A stretch of DNA of 63,236 nt, filler included, from Choristocarpus tenellus KU-1152 (taxonomy: Eukaryota; Protista; Phaeophyceae): the NCBI GenBank assembly GCA_964200185.2. It is 10 parts of 10 records of this genome, joined end to end, with 100 filler letters (N's around TTAATTAATTAA, not from the genome) between each part and the next. Parts side by side here need not be neighbours in the genome. Positions count along the whole stretch, not along the records: positions 13,534 to 17,074 come from CAXNAD020019374.1; positions 17,175 to 23,216 come from CAXNAD020009089.1; positions 23,317 to 34,303 come from CAXNAD020002579.1; 7 more parts are not named here. One strand, written 5' to 3'. Positions 13,920 through 26,300 of this stretch are shown here, piece after piece (within the stretch, counting starts at the first letter, position 1; every line of letters begins with the position of its first letter). The notes under the pieces were generated by a model. It made no database searches. It saw only the letters and a program-made list of their open reading frames with translations, and was not told where the DNA came from. Made by a program: the position numbers and the translations under genes.

Positions 13920-15615
13920 AAGGTAGTAACGTACACAGCGGTATGTTATGGTGGACCAATGGGATGTTACAAATGATATAATGGGACAATAGCATCAAGT
14001 GGACAATATCCTGTGGACAATTAATAATTCAGTGTGTGCTTTACCATGTAATTCAAATGCTAGCTTCCGGCGATGAGCCTCATGTGCGCCAAGCTTCTCA
14101 ACAACCATCACATATCCTGCTGCCATCTTGAGCACGCTTTGATGGTCTTTCCCGTCGTTCATACACAGGTACAGGATTCGCAGTGTTAGAGCCTTCACTA
14201 TCACATTTCCTTGTTGAGCGCCGGAAATGGGCATTTTCCGTAGTTCCTGGACGGGTGATATTTCTTTTCAAGGTGCAAGGGCGAGGGAGGACAGGTTTGA
14301 GGTGATCGAAATTTGTGTTTATTTCTCGAATGAATGCAGGCTGGGAGAAAGCCTTCATCAATTTTATATGTCCAACTCTAAGTCTAGGAACAAAAGTGCA
14401 TGTACAGCATCTTGCAAGAAGCGGAAGACACCAAACCATTGATGTGCGAATAGTATCAATCTCACCTCCTCTTCTCTCTTGGCGTCCTTGTGGATGGCTA
14501 CCTTCACCTGCTTTGCGACCTCTCCTAAGTAAAGGATTTGGTGGTATCGAAAAGTCTCCACAGCTGCCTTTGCTACGATCGCTTTCTCCTCCACCTTGCG
14601 AGCCCTTTTGACCTTCTTTCGAGCTTCAGAGCCCTCGTAGCCAAACCCTAACGCCTTCTTTCTCGTTTCCTTACGCCACTCCGGCTCGCAAACCTTCCAA
14701 ACAGCCAGGACCTGCTGTACCTGTCAACTACTAAGATATTCTACCCCTGGGTTTTTGTTTAGGCGTTTCCTGAGTGCAATGGCACACAGTCGCACTACTC
14801 TCTTCCTCAACCTTCCCTTTGGGCGCCCTCCCTGGTTCTCCCTTCGCCCACCGTGACCAGGCTTCCCCACAGACTTCGTCACTGTACCACCTGGTGATGG
14901 ACTCGCCGCTCTCTCCCTCCTCTCCCAAGGTGGCAATCCTTGCAGAGCAGTTCTCCGAAGTGGTTGAAGATCGAACCGCGTTTGTGTGGTAATGCTTTTA
15001 ACGCATCTTCTCTCAGCCTCGGTATCGTGACAGCGTGGTCCATTTCATGATTCGATCATGCTGCTGCACCACACTATTCGCACTTTCTCGTCACCTAACA
15101 TCGCACTGAGTGTCACAAGGTACTTGTTTTTCCGGCCCCTCTCAACAGAGAAGGTGCCGAGGGTAGATCCAGAGGGCAGAGTGGCCTTGGCGGCTCTCCT
15201 TGTCTCATCATCGCGGTTCATGTTGCTGTGTAAGTCATGTGTGTATGTCCTCACAGAAAGTCTGCAGAAGGCATAAAATAGATGTCCGGAAATCTTGAGT
15301 TTTTTTTTCAGTATCATCTCTACACTAGTCAAACTTGGGCAGAGACGAACCCCGGACCAGTGTTTTGCAAGGAGTTCAGCCAAGCGCTTCATTCTTGTCC
15401 GTTTTGAAGTCGTGACCTTCAAAATTGCACCGGAGATATTCCCCCCGTTTTGCCATTCTTGATCACCCGAAGCCTGGACATTCGTGGGTACAAACCTTCA
15501 AACGCTCTCGTCATACCCTTTCATTTGAGATATATGTTTTTGTATAACTGTTGTGGCGTTCCTGTGAAAAAAAACTGCGATTGCCACAGAGGGTGACACT
15601 ACTGGTACCACCTTA
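13920..15615 (-). mobile_element. Decayed, internally deleted DNA transposon, probably IS630/Tc1 superfamily, copy 1
   Basis: Colinear with 32050-33688 over more than 1 kb. Broken minus-strand ORF chain (15045-15422, 14724-14936, 14364-14594, 13995-14234). Homology with copy 2 ends at GTACCAC(C/T)TTA; weak inverted match AAGGTAGTAAC at ~13920. Confidence 0.65.
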
Positions 15616-15617
15616 CC

Positions 15618-15958
15618 TATTTACCATTTTAATTGCAGCTATGCTATACATGACTACCCTCCTGTACCTCTAACCTAACTTAGTCTTGCACCTCAGGGTG
15701 AGGGACTAGGGAAGCATCCCAAGAATCTAACAAGCCCCTCCTTGCCCATCTCCCTGGTGTCTCCAGCTAAAAATGCATGATACGTTTAGATAGATCTACT
15801 GGTGTTATAACCGACACTATCTGTTTTAGACAGGATTCGACAGCTCCTTTCCTCCTGTAACCTCCCGTTCCTCTCCCCTCTACCGCGTGTGTCGCCAACT
15901 CATCCAGAAAACGTTCCGCTTGCTTACCGAGACTCCCAAACATTTCCACTGCGAAGGT
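15618..15958 (-). mobile_element. Second 5'-truncated copy of the same CRE-like element
   Basis: TFAVEMFGSLGKQAERFLDELATHAVEGRGTGGYRRKGAVESCL; a reverse-complement match to 16517-16852. Confidence 0.8.
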
Positions 15959-16131
15959 CTGCATTATTTGGGTTGAAATACTAGGATTGACGGATATGTA
16001 TCCTGGTGGCGTGATTTGCTTTTTAACGGATGTGACCTCGGCGAGATATGATCCCACGAGAGTAACATTAGTTGAATTTGTAGTAAACCCCCGAGCTACC
16101 GTAGCTCAGTTTTACTACTGTTTCAACATTA

Positions 16132-16267
16132 TGCCCTCTGACATGTTGCAGATGTGACAGGGAAAAGCTAATGAAAACCCAATTCAATATCATAAGAACC
16201 CCTGGAAAAGTAACTGTTTTCGTAAATTTGAAAGAATATCAGCAGTGTTAAAACATGTCAGAGGGCA
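16132..16267. mobile_element. 136-bp TA-flanked MITE (Tc1/mariner-type)
   Basis: Perfect TIR TGCCCTCTGACATGTT / AACATGTCAGAGGGCA with TA on both sides; related ends at ~17015, ~16905-16960 and ~4705. Confidence 0.75.
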
Positions 16268-16303
16268 TAATAATGTAATAGGACGGTAATCCTTTCACAG
16301 TGG

Positions 16304-16852
16304 TATGGATCTTGTCTTCCATGCTCGGGGACTTGTGGACGCTGGATCCTCTCCATGGGACAAAGGCCTCCTTCTAGATGTTACTTTTGGAGAAATCTAA
16401 GGAGCATCTCACTTACCCCATTCATCCACCAGCAATGATGTTGCTGCTGCTGCAGCTGAGGCGTGAAAATGCGCCCACTACGAGCACTCTCTTGATCCTG
16501 GTAGTTATGACCTCAACACCTTCGTGGTGGAAAGTTTTGGGAGCCTCGGTAAGCAAGCAGAACGTTTTCTGGATGAGTTGGCTACACACGTGGTAGGGGG
16601 GAGAGGGACGGGAGGCTACAGGAGGAAAGGGGCTGTCGAATCCTGCCTACAACAGATAGTATCTGTCACAACACAAGTATATCTAGACGTGTCATGCGTT
16701 TTAAGCTGGAGACACCAGGGAGATGGGCAAGGAGGGGCTTGTTAGGTTCTTGGGATGCTTCCCTAGCCCCTCACCCTGGAGTGCAGGACTAAGTTGGGTT
16801 AGAGACACACGAGGGAAGTGGTGTAGCATAACTGTTATTAAAATAGTAATAA
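16304..16852 (+). mobile_element. 5'-truncated CRE-like non-LTR retrotransposon: restriction-like endonuclease (RLE) and 3' end
   Basis: Translates (with stops) as MDLVF...LLLDVT...AAAAAEA*KCAHY...TFVVESFGSLGKQAERFLDELA, the PD-(D/E)xK RLE C-terminus of CRE-type elements, followed by an A/TAA-rich tail. Confidence 0.8.
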
Positions 16853-18699
16853 GAAGATAGAAAAATGCCCTTCACATTTATGACAACTGTTGCGTTTTTA
16901 GGAGTTCTGACATTTGAATGTTTTTCATTGGTTTTTCCCTTGACACATCTCCAAAATATCGTCAAAAAGAAAATAATAATCTACCTTCTCCTTTCCTATC
17001 GATTTTTTTTTATTATGCCCTCTGACATTTTGCAGATGTGTCAGGGGGGAAACCAATGAAAACTATACATATGTNNNNNNNNNNNNNNNNNNNNNNNNNN
17101 NNNNNNNNNNNNNNNNNNTTAATTAATTAANNNNNNNNNNNNNNNNNNNNNNNNNNNNNNNNNNNNNNNNNNNNCCCCCCCAGATACGTCGAGCCTGTTG
17201 TCTGTTCCTTGAAGAGAAGGGAGGGTCCCTGTTGGTTAGAATCACAATATATTGTCAAACTTGGAGATAATAGATATCTCCAGCAAGACTCGCTCTTTTT
17301 TCTTAAATGGGTAGTAGAGTCGTTCAGAATTTCTTAGAGGTAAAAAAGGTGCATTGGTTTGGCTACTGTCCCAATTGGTAGTTAGGGTTATGGCACACAG
17401 GCACGCTGACGCAACCTGCCAGTTGCTCCACCCTCCCCAACCACACCAAACCAAACCAGGAGCTCTTTGGTGTGAGCCTGGTTGAGGATGGCTCTGACTC
17501 CACTGGCGAGGCCCAGCTTCTCGAACTGGCAAGAATCAGAAAGAGACGTAGGGCTTTGGAGGTGCGAAGGTCAAGAGAAGCAATACAACACATTTCAAGG
17601 TGTAAACAACAGTCAGGCCACATTAGGTATGTTTATTGGCAAGGGTCAATTGAGGCAGATGCCATGCAGGGTTATTTGCGAAATATCGACTATACCACTG
17701 TGCAATGCATGGTGTGCTGGAATAGGGAGTCTTAGTTGCTTCAAAGTAGAGGCCATGCGGATGTCCTTGAATTGCCAGCAAAGCAATGTAATAGGTTCGA
17801 AAAAAAAGTTGGGTTCTTGTTTGGATTTCAGGATTAAGATTGAAAAGGAGGGGAAAAAGAGTTGATTCCCTGAGTCAAGACGGTCCTTGCGCTCATTCCT
17901 CTCCAGAGGCACTCTGCAGCAGGTTGTGAGGACTTAATTGAGGAGGTTCAAAGAGCATCATACATTTGCTTGATAGGGGCATGTATCCCATTTCCTTTCT
18001 TCCTGTTTTCCCACCAGCAAACAGACTCCTTGAGCCCATTTGTGTTGCTAGACGCCTTCCTATTCCTCTCCTTTTTATCCCTTGTCACCCACACATTGTC
18101 CTCTTACCCACAACAATGAGGGCTGTAGCCTCGAATATGGTCAATGCTTCCAATGGCTTCCAACAGGCCAGGGCACCGCCTGTTTCATGGAGGTAAACCA
18201 GTTTTTTTTCAAGTTTTCCGATCTCTTGGTTGAAGGTATGGTGATGAATTACTCAATGCCCCTTACGTCATCGCCGGATTTTCCAAGAACTTGAGGAGGC
18301 ATTTCCAGAAATATCTGAAATTCTCCTCTCTCCCAAGCAAAGTATTTCTAAGCCCCACCTTGGCAGCTCTACATTTCAATGAGATAGGTATTCCAAAGCA
18401 TGATCTGGTGGGACCAAACCCTGTGACTGTGGAGGACAGATTGTGTTTGAAAGAATTGCCAAGACATCTCAAAGGAAGGAAAAATATGCAATACTGGTTA
18501 TTATCTCTCTGCAAAGCATAGGATATGCTACATGTTATTGATCGTGTAGAAAATAGGCTGAACAGGGTCATACCTTGAGGAGGGGAGGCAAGGCAGGGGG
18601 AGGGGGGGGTGGGATGTAAGCCCGAAAAGACATATCAGGCACGTAGACCACGTGACAATCGTTGTCAACTCAACACAAACACCATCAATGCCACCTTGA

Positions 18700-19800
18700 T
18701 TTTTTGCACAGCAGCGTATACCGATTCACCATCAATGGTGAGACTTTGTCCAAGGTTTTTTGCCCAGCACACACCAAACCTGAGGTTCGAAGTAACAGCT
18801 TCAACACCACAACTGCGAAATATTCCAGACCCCAACCCAGAGTAGTTTGAAGTATGACAAACTTCCTGTTGACAACAACAACATTTCATTCACCAGCCCT
18901 CCCAATGCCAGATTCGACATATGTCAGAAGCAGGATGCCATCTGTGAGGTGTCTGCTGTTCGCGGTCAAGACTACCACATCTTTCGTGCCCCCCATACTG
19001 TTCCCTGCGAGCTATTCAACACATTAAGTGCATGGTGGCAGGGTAGGGAGGGTTTCGTTCGCCACCTTCCACTCCGGCATCGTAGACACATCAATAAGCG
19101 CAAGGCTGAGGTGTCACTTGCGTCCTACCATCCTCAGTACCAATATCCCCCTGGAACTCCCCAGCATCCGTTCATCCCAGTTCGAGGGGGAGTAGACAGA
19201 TGCTGGGTTGGCAGGCAGCGGAGGATGGTGATTATGCCAAGGAAACAAAAGATGGAGTGTGACTTCTTAACAAGGCTGCTAACTTCTACTGCTTGCGTTA
19301 GAGGTGAAGACAGAGGTGAAACACTATCCAGTAAAACCTCCTCGAGGGGGATAGAGGCAAGGCTCGTGACAACAAACAATGTAGCAAGATTAGGAGGAGC
19401 ACAAGGCATGGTAGCACCCAACGTGGAGAATTGTAATGAGGGAAGTAACAGTGAAGGCAGCAATGGACATGCTGCTGAGGGGAAGGGGAAGCGAGGAGGG
19501 AGCAATCTTGAAAATGCCAGCCTCCAAGACCTGCCTAAGATGGAGGGTAGAGCAAGGATTAAAGGAAGGGAAGAAGAAACGCGAGTTGAAGGGATGGAAG
19601 CTCCAGCTGCCAAGGCAAAAGAATATCCTCGACCACCTCGACAAGATAAAAGGCATCCTCAGAGCTTTTTCACTAACAAGGGAGGTCCACCCCGCACACC
19701 TTGGAGGGCTGTCAGAGTTGTGCGGAGCATGAAGCGACCTAGCATGAGGGCCTGTGATGTTGGAAGGGAAATAGTGAAGTTGGTTGCAGGACAGGCAGAG
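18700..19800 (-). mobile_element. Degenerate RLE-type LINE remnant (post-RT region and zinc knuckle)
   Basis: Frameshifted minus-strand motifs RFMLRT, TLHLRQ/GLGG and CLRC...HALN. Boundaries approximate. Confidence 0.4.
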
Positions 19801-22475
19801 AGAAGGGATGGGGAGGTAGAGGGAGAACGGAAGCGGGTTGGTGTCACCGTGGCAGATGAGGTGGCGAGCAGGGGGAGAGTAGTTCAGTGCTCTAAGCCCT
19901 GAATTTACTGATGGTGTGAATAGAATCTCCTTGGCTCAGTCCACTCGTTTGTATTTAGCGGCAGGGGGCAGGGGGCAAGTTCTGGTACTCCCCTAACGTC
20001 AATCCATGAACCAACAAACTTGAGAAGAGGACTATTGCAGGGTTAGAAAAATAGTGATCAATTCTGGAACAAGGAGAATCGCCTTGTAGTGTTGAGACAT
20101 CTTCACTCTCGAGGGTCTGCAACTCTTTGGCAGGGTTGCAGGGCTCTCCCCATATCAAGCATTCTTTGAATCCTCAACACCACCAGAAACCTTGTTTCCC
20201 CCACAGCATAGTGTAGTATATTGTGCAATGACTAGTAACACGAAGTATGGTATGGTGGGGTAAAGGGATGCACTACTTGGTGTATTAAAACTAAACTGAA
20301 CCAACAACCTACTACAACTAACTACCCTGGAGAACTGCAGCTGAGCTCTCAAGTGTCTTCGTCAATCAACAATTTGATCATATCATCATGATAACATACT
20401 CCTGCTCTACTCTTTGCACTGTACCTTGTGCTCTGAAGTACTGGTCTACTCTTCGTATTTACCTATTTCTCAACTTGCAAGGTTCTATTGGACAGGGCTA
20501 GTGTTGGCTATGCAAGCTTCAATAGGTGCTGCACATGTAGATATATATATATATATATATATTCCAGACAGGACAAACTGCCAGCACAAATCGGTCATTG
20601 ACAAGGGAGCCCATTCACAACCAACTCTTTCAAGCCGCACTGCAATGTGTTCACAATTTAACTGTATCACACCAAGATGGGAACGTTTTACCCATGGTTA
20701 TCATTCCAGTTGTATGTATATATAATAAGCCAGGAAATAATCATTGTTCTCATCATAGACAACAAACGTAATGCCTTTACATGCGATCCCGTTCAGACAA
20801 GTTATCTGCGCCTACAGCCAGGATTCAACCCTGAACCCAAGATTCTTCTTCTCCATGAGCCAAAAAAAGATAAAAATAAATCTTGGAAGAACAACAACAA
20901 CACATCACTACTTCAACCGTATAAGTAGTAGTAGTACGCCGCAACACTAGAACCATCAGTTGTGTCTAACTGGTGGCGGAATTAATTGGTTTGTTACACA
21001 GGCACAACCGCGTTACTATAAGAAGCTGCAGCATCATGTTACGATGATGACATCATCCTTATCACCCTTGTTGACCCTACGTGACTGATGGAGGAGATCG
21101 GAAGTAATGCGTGGAGGTGCAGAAGTGTCTCGTTTTCGAGGACTCAACGTGTGTTTTCTCTATCCACTGCAGAGTGACTAGGTTAATAAGTTGTTCTGGA
21201 GGGATGTTCTGGAATTTGTGCAACCCGACTTGGCTAGGGTGTGTCACATGGTCTATGAGGACAATATGGGGACTGGTTATCCATTTTGCTGACAACTCTC
21301 CCCAAGTTCATAGGATGGATAAAGTAAGTGCACTTCTCCTGGTCAGACCCCGAACGGACAACCTGGTGTAGACCTCTCCCCCCCCCAGATACTTTGAGAC
21401 TGAGAGCTTTAAAATTGTTGCTTTGAGTCTTGTGCCGCAAAATGGGGGACCATCAGAGTGTTCCTTTTAACCACAATGGTTCTTGGCCTGGTAAGGGGCC
21501 AAGTATGAGGGTCTTAGGTTATGCTGAGGTCATCATCCAGATCTAAATTCTGTCAATACTCAGGTGTGAACTTGTCTACAAAAGCCCTCACAGATCAACT
21601 AAATCAACGAACATTTTGACTACAGCACTAGAAGCAATGGGCAGAGTTGATGGTGAACAATATCCTCATCTAACACACATGACACTAACATCAAGCTCTG
21701 GTTCCAAGCCCTGGTAGTGCTTCAAGTTCTTGCGCTTAGACTTCTGCAGCATTTGGTCAGTTATATTCTGACTCTTGCCTTAATTACAGGAGGATATCCA
21801 GGTCTAAGGATGGAGGGACCTTTTCTGCACCTTTGAACTCGCCCTGTGGACTGAAGAACCTGTTATAAACCTTTGAAAATAATACTGAAATGGGATATGT
21901 CCTTAACTAGAACACCTTCCTACTTGTGGTAATTGCCGCACAATCCAACTACCCTGCTGTGAAATGACATCTATCATTCCTCATATATGGCCTCACCTAG
22001 ACTGGGGGTTGTGCCCAACAGGTCAAGACAACAAACAAACATTCTCCTTACTCCAGTCGGATCAAAGCCTCCAAAATACTTCATCGCAGAAGCCACAATA
22101 AACAAAGCAACGCGAGCAAGAGCACATGAATTGACAAAATTAAAAAAACGCTCTTTTGCGAGCACTTCCATACAGTACTACATTCACTCCACAACTACAT
22201 GACACAACAAGAACTAAACCTCACAACATCATCAATGCAACATTTTGTCTACTTTCACATAATGATCTAGACATATGCACTCACTCACTAACATGCCAAC
22301 ACTACTAACCCAACCCAAGAAACATGGGACCGCTCCACAAAATTGTGCTTTGCACAGCAAATGACTGCTACAGACAAAGTAGTCGTAGGCATAACACCGC
22401 AACAAGATCAATAATGAGACAAGATGTAAAACAGTAAACTCCTATAAACAATACAAACAAATAAATGTCTGAAAA

Positions 22476-22516
<41 letters not shown>

Positions 22517-22862
22517 GAATTCAATAAAAAAAGGCTCTTCTAACGGTGTATGGATCACACCCTCCTCATTCCTCCATATACTCTCATCTAGCAAGCATCA
22601 TGAATATTGTGCATCATGCCTGATGCAAACCTGCATAGAAGACTCCTTACACCACACTCAAGCTGTCTATGCCTCATGTAGTGTTCAACCCAGTTACAGT
22701 CTGAGTTCCTTCTTCCTTGGGAACAGAAACTACAGTAGAAGAGTGTTGCAATTAAGTGATAGTCAAATAGGTCAGGTTGAAAGCACCAGCCACATCCCCA
22801 GTCTACTCTCTACCAAATAAGCACATAACTCCATTGCAGCACAGCACAGCACAGCAACAAGC

Positions 22863-23216
22863 CTAAAGCTCTTCCTCGTAATCGTAATCGTCACCATAAC
22901 CATAGTCATCCTCAAACTCCTGGGCTGCCCCACGCCTTGCCCTCAGTACAGAGTATCCCATCTCTTCCTCATCATCTTCCTCATCATCTTCCTCCTCCTC
23001 TTCTTCTTCCTCTTCTGCCTCAACCTCCTTCCCAACTGCCCCAGCCCTTCCCCCAGCATCAGCTCTATCCCCGACAGCCTTGACTACTTCAGTCACCTTC
23101 CCCAAGTCCGTCTTAGAAAGGGTGCCTGTAGTACTTGTAGCAGTAGTTCTTCCCGAGAGTTCAGCTAGAGCAAGGAGGGCTTCATCCCTCCCCCCATCCC
23201 CAGTATCATCATCCCC
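22863..23216 (-). CDS. Terminal exon encoding an acidic low-complexity C-terminus
   Basis: Frame is open from the linker edge (GDDDTGDGGRDEALLALAELSG...) through a poly-E/D tract with varied codons to ...GYGDDYDYEEEL-stop. The rest of the gene is lost at the linker. Confidence 0.6.
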   Translation of the reverse strand, partial: GDDDTGDGGRDEALLALAELSGRTTATSTTGTLSKTDLGKVTEVVKAVGDRADAGGRAGAVGKEVEAEEEEEEEEEDDEEDDEEEMGYSVLRARRGAAQEFEDDYGYGDDYDYEEEL

Positions 23217-23330
23217 NNNNNNNNNNNNNNNNNNNNNNNNNNNNNNNNNNNNNNNNNNNNTTAATTAATTAANNNNNNNNNNNNNNNNNNNNNNNNNNNN
23301 NNNNNNNNNNNNNNNNGTATATTTCCTTAC

Positions 23331-26300
23331 GGTTAGGGTTAGGGTTAGGGTTAGGGGGATGGGTACTGTATCACCCTAACCCTAACCCTGACAGATGGAT
23401 TTCAATGCCTTCCATGGTTACAACCGAGGAAAAGGATTATTATTTTTATTATTATTATTATTACTGCTGAAGCTAAAAACTCAGAATAGAATATTTTCAA
23501 ATCATTCCGATTGGACACTCGCTGGATGAAGAGTAGAGTTTTTAAAAAGGGTCTGAATTGACAAAGGAGAGGGAGAATCATCTAAAAATGAGAACAATAA
23601 TGATATAGTATCAACAGTATGCTCCTAGTAAAAGGGCTTGCTTACATAACATCTTACAGCAACTTACACCACCCACCCACACTTCCAAAACATCTTACCT
23701 GTCTAAGCTACCGCCCAATTGGTACTGTTGATGCTGATACTAACACTAGAGTGATGACTGAGCCCTGTTACTAACCCTAACCCTAACCCTAAGTATAAGT
23801 TGCACAATGTAACGACTAGTCTTGAGGAGAGTCATTTTTACAGATCCATTCCATGCTTCAAGTTAGTCCTACGATGGGGACACAACAAAAGTGTATAATA
23901 GTGTACAGTAATGTACACTAGGGTTAGGGTTGGTAATATCAGAACAATTGTAGAGTATAATGATTGTACAGTAGGAGCAGGGTACTACTGCCCGCTGCCA
24001 TGGCACCAAAACGTTAACCTTTCTGATCAATAAAACATCGTGGAAACATTTGTGACTTATTTTTATGTTTTCCATTTTTTTTTTTAACAATCGAAGAAAT
24101 TTTCAAGAAAAATCCGCCTCCATCAATCAGATAGGGTAGGACATCCTGCCGCCTTGAAATCAACGGCCTGTCCAGTTACATCACACGTGCGAGGATTAAA
24201 AAAGAAAAATATTTTGGCTTAGGGTTAGGGCTGAAAACGAGTGTGTTAGTAAGATGATCACGATCACCTTCATCTCCTCCACCTTTGCCTCAGCTTCCAG
24301 GTCCCGAAAGCGTCCCGCAGCATTAAGCAGCACACAACCCTGTTCAAATTTCATAAAAAGATGAAGGCGTGTAGATATAGAAGTCTGTGCTGTTGATACA
24401 TGTGATACATAGGTGGTATTAACGGTACCACTTGCCCTACATACTGTCTTCAAGTGAGATGTCAAGATCTGATGATAAATAAATATAATAAATTTAAAAT
24501 ATTGAAATAAAAAAACAGTAATGTGCATAATAAATGATAAATGCTGAATGGCATCATTCATATTTTAAAAAAAAAACAGTAACTTGAATAATAAAATGAA
24601 GAATGGCATTTATAGAAAAAAAAAATCATCTGCACTGGAGAAAGACACTTAAAATATTGAGGGAGGAGGAAAGGAGGGGAGGAGGAGAGGAATGGTCAAT
24701 GAACCCCTGCTAGGCTCAGTATACTCTTACTACTTTAGATACTATCTTCACATTAGCCTGGAGATTTGGACGACCTGTGATCAGAGGCATTACCCACTCC
24801 ACTACTAAAAATTTGATATTATACACTATTATACCCTACCCCTACCCCTAACCCTAACTATTATTGCACTGCAACAGAGTTAAGGACCACATTGGTTCCT
24901 GTCTTCCTTCTCATGTGTCAGGTTTGGCAATCTAACCCTAACCCTAACCCTAACGCTAACCCAACACACTGCTGTTCTTGTGTACAATAGAGGCTATCAC
25001 CAATGTATACATATTGCATGCCATTGTTACTGTTAACTTTACTACTAGTATTGTTTTCAATATTGCTGGGCTCTTGACAAAGCCATAAAAAAGGGGGGTG
25101 TTATTCCACATCGATGCCCATAGTACATAATAGTACTAGTCATAAGTACCAGCACCCAGGGAGGGTCAGATTTTATTTGATTTTTTTCAAAATTAAAACC
25201 TCTAGTAGTGAAGACCCAAGGTGTCCCATTCTCTTGCCCAGGTGAGGTATTTCTAGGATACTGGGCAAGACAAGGGTGTCCCAGTGAACCTTTCAGTAGT
25301 CACCGCCTTGAGCAAACGCCCTCCAAGGCGGGGTTGACTTTGGTCCTCTTGAGTCTCAAGTCCTATTTGAACCTCATGGAATACACACATACCCCCCCCA
25401 GGGCTTAGGGTTTGGCCTTACAGAAGAAGAAATATGAACCGTAAGCACACTACTAACAAAAAAAAAGCACCCTCCACATTGCTCAAGATACATACACCAC
25501 AAAGAAATCATAGGGGACAGTAAAAGCACATCAACAACCCCCTCTTATCAATAGGTGGGTTAGGGTTAGGGTTAGGGTTAGGGTTAGGTGGTATCACCCT
25601 TCGGGGACCTCTCTTTACAAAAAAAAAAATCCTACATGCTATATATGCGAGGTCACCCTTCATACTTCACACCCACATTACAGAATGTGAGCAATGCAGG
25701 GTTTTCATAGTACTCACTAGGCGTATGTACTTCCAGATGCCCAAGCAGCATGCTGTCTCCTACTGTGTGAGTCTTGAATGCACACACTTTGGACCAACAG
25801 ACCAAGTAAGAACCAATCATGTACAAGAAAAACAAAAAACAGGGGGTTTCCACACCTTTGAAGATATTTTAAAGTATCAAGAGTGGGATTTCTCTGCACC
25901 TGCCTGCAGCTTTCATGTACGTCGTACGTGCTTCCGCACATGCATATACCGCCTTAGCAATATTTATCAACACAACATTGTTTGCATCATTAATTTAATA
26001 CTGATTGGTCTACAGCAGTGCCAAGCAGTAAATACAATATTGCACCAGGTAGTTCAGTACAATATCATCCTGAACTTTGAGACATCTCTCATTTCTCTTA
26101 TTTGCATTGATTGCAACAGAAAACAGAGCAAGGTACCATGTACAGACAACATATCCTCAAGGAGACAGCTTGTGCAGGAAGGTCACTGATTCACTCTTGC
26201 TGAATTAACATGGCAGTAATCCACCCCGAACAAGTGTGTGTCAGTGTCCCTTACCCTCAACAACCAGGTTCCAGTCACACTAATACACTATGTTCCAGTC

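Noticed and set aside
18847-19902. 351-aa + strand ORF, the longest in the track
   Set aside because: No domain or splice context; it lies antisense to a decayed LINE whose purine-rich opposite strand is naturally stop-poor.
21044-21090. Box C/D snoRNA (ATGATGA...CTGA)
   Set aside because: Too short, no terminal stem, and no recognisable rRNA guide.
21111-21150. KCLVFEDS resembling HAD phosphatase motif IV
   Set aside because: In-frame stop just upstream, weak splice signals, and no other HAD motifs in the contig.
22863-23216. Acidic exon as the C-terminus of the alpha/beta hydrolase
   Set aside because: Separated by a linker and lacks the expected WGxxD and GHCPHDE catalytic segments.
23331-23356. 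True chromosome end at the contig edge
   Set aside because: Only four units, preceded by non-telomeric sequence, G-strand pointing into the contig, and followed by an opposite-polarity tract.
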